Source: Azolla caroliniana
Lineage: Eukaryota; Plantae; Polypodiophyta
DNA length: 64,000 nucleotides
Direction of reading: 5' to 3'
Assembly (NCBI GenBank): GCA_043228905.1
Contig: JBHGNT010000011.1
Span: 19,344,001-19,408,000 of the forward strand
The notes under the pieces are model-generated. The model was not told where the DNA came from. It searched no databases and saw only the letters and a list, made by a program, of their open reading frames with translations. Position 1 is the stretch's first letter, and every line of letters begins with the position of its first letter. Position numbers and translations under genes: made by a program. Positions 62,501 through 64,000 of this stretch are shown here, piece by piece.

Positions 62501-63206
62501 GTGGCCAATACAATTACAATTAAAACATTGATTAGGAAGTCCAGAATATTTAACTCTTTGGACCCTCGGTGGGGCCTAAAACATAGCGGGCAGCCTAACA
62601 TATGCGGGTAATGTCATGCCTTTATGTCCAATTAATCGTATATATGGTAGGTTGAGATTCCCAACCACATAGCGCATTACTTCAGATTCTTCATCAATTA
62701 ATTGAGCAATCGATGAGGCCATATGTGGCATCACCGGTCTCCATTCTTTTGGTAAACCCGGAAACATGACAGAAAACACAAAGTAATTAGATAGATGTTC
62801 ACTAACCGCATTTAGGTCAAACCCAGGCTCCCATTGCAAGAAATGCATCCGCATTCCATTAATCCTTGTAGATCCCATCCGAAGTAGCTTCATCACCATC
62901 TCCACAACCAGAAACTCGACATGATAGCATCCTTTCCCTAAAAATTGAATATCCACAACCCTCGATAGCTTTTCTTGGAATCGCGCCTGCAGCAAGTGAC
63001 ACAACTCCCCACGACTAGAACGACCACCGATGACATGTACCGCTGCCGACAATTGACGCAGATGATTTATTTCAGCATGCACCTCTTGTTGCACCTCTGT
63101 CGGCACATCTACATCGACGACCAGATCTGCGATTGGATGAATAACGAAGGGGAGTTCACTGGAATCCCTTCTTGACGTCGTCGCCTTTGTCGTCTCAGCC
63201 ATTCTC
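56545..63206 (-). mobile_element. Near-full-length, more decayed L1-clade LINE (ORF1 63202-61737; ORF2 61744 to ~56670) interrupted by a solo LTR
   Basis: ORF2 motifs MNNFRIVSWNVQGLGG, GDFN, WRPITILN, LDFEKAYDRV, RQGCPLAP, FADD, CVNC...ESVYHVLWIC and WRYAPPRWLFPPP. DUF4283-like ORF1. The TSD could not be resolved. Confidence 0.88.
59683..60451. mobile_element. Solo LTR (769 bp) inserted in LINE ORF2
   Basis: TGT...ACA termini and a 4-bp TSD ACGT (59679-59682 / 60452-60455). Removing the LTR and one ACGT restores the LINE frame (MHARVSLHMTNVLVKP). Confidence 0.85.
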
Positions 63207-63215
63207 TATTATTTT

Positions 63216-64000
63216 AGGAATGGGCTATTTGCCCCCCCTCCCCCCCCAAAAAAAGAAAAAAAAACTTTTTGGCCCCATAAAAAAATAACTTTTTGGCCCC
63301 TCTATTTTTGGCTATTTTGGCTAAACCACCGCCCCCCTCTTCCCCCCACAAAGAAAAAAAATCTCTGATAGTTCTTCCCCCATTTTGGCCTCCCCAAACC
63401 CATTTTCGTTCCCCTCCCTCAACAGAAAAACATTCTCTGATATAGCTTGGCTCCTCCCCCTCCCTCACCCAAAAAAAAACATTTTGATAGCTCTCTCTCC
63501 CTCACAAAAAAAAAACATTTTGATAGCTCTCTGATAGCTCTCACTTCGTAGCTCAACACATAGTTGTCCCCTCCATTTTGCCCCCCAAATTTCTAGTAGT
63601 TCTCAACATTTTGGCTATTTTGCCCCTCAATTTTCTGGTCGTTCTCAACAATTTGGCTATTTTGCCCCCCAAATTTCTGGTACTTCTCAACATTTTGGCT
63701 ATTTTGCCCCCCAAATTTCTGGTAGTTTTGCTAATCCCCCATTTTGGCTTCACAACATGTCTCCCCAACCATCTTCAGCTTCAATTATCAATAGAACCTT
63801 CACTGAGAGAGGGGCTCTAATAAGTTTTATCAAGGACCATTTCCGTGCTCAAAATATAATTGTTGTGGTGGATAAGCATAGTGACAATAGAAAAGTCACT
63901 TTCAAGTGCTACTATGGGGGAAAATATCGCAACCCTCTAGGCTTGACTGACGATACTCGCAAAAGACAAACAGGGACTCGTCCGCAACTGCTTCCCTACC
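63216..64000 (+). mobile_element. Left part of a putative Mutator-like element: C-run-rich terminus, 42-bp tandem repeats and start of the transposase
   Basis: Begins around GGAATGGGCTATTTGCCCC. About four copies of a 42-bp unit at 63576-63730. An ORF follows from 63757. Confidence 0.55.
63757..64000 (+). CDS. N-terminus of a putative MULE/FAR1-type transposase (open at the window end)
   Basis: MSPQPSSASIINRTFTERGALISFIKDHFRAQNIIVVVDKHSDNRKVTFKCYYGGKYRNPLGLTDDTRKRQTGTR resembles the FAR1/WRKY-like DNA-binding region of MULE transposases (pattern F..R..L....K...C.RGG.YR...R.T). Confidence 0.55.
   Translation, partial: MSPQPSSASIINRTFTERGALISFIKDHFRAQNIIVVVDKHSDNRKVTFKCYYGGKYRNPLGLTDDTRKRQTGTRPQLLPY

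Noticed and set aside
63576-63730. CRISPR-like arrays (also 53749-54110 and 51873-51952)
   Set aside because: Head-to-tail tandem repeats with no unique spacers, no cas genes, and a eukaryotic context.

Overview
Eukaryotic land-plant genomic DNA, probably a fern or another seed-free plant (inferred from the fern-style PLS-PPR relic, a Tcn1-type chromovirus and the LINE types). The first 19 kb hold four host genes: a 2-exon putative plastid membrane protein, an 11-exon OEP61/TPR7 homologue, an intronless TIM23, and a trihelix transcription factor with an unusual 11-aa tandem array. The remaining ~45 kb is mostly transposon DNA. It contains two near-full-length L1-clade LINEs, several 5'-truncated LINEs, an RT-less Copia element with a nested gypsy chromovirus, two solo LTRs, hAT MITEs and the start of a MULE-like element. 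The most interesting signals are in the nested chromovirus. It has a Tf1-type self-priming PBS instead of a tRNA PBS, and its LTRs carry an antisense tRNA-like Pol III A/B-box module. The divergent LINEs share conserved ORF2 segments that I could not name. All calls were made by eye; no database search was run.
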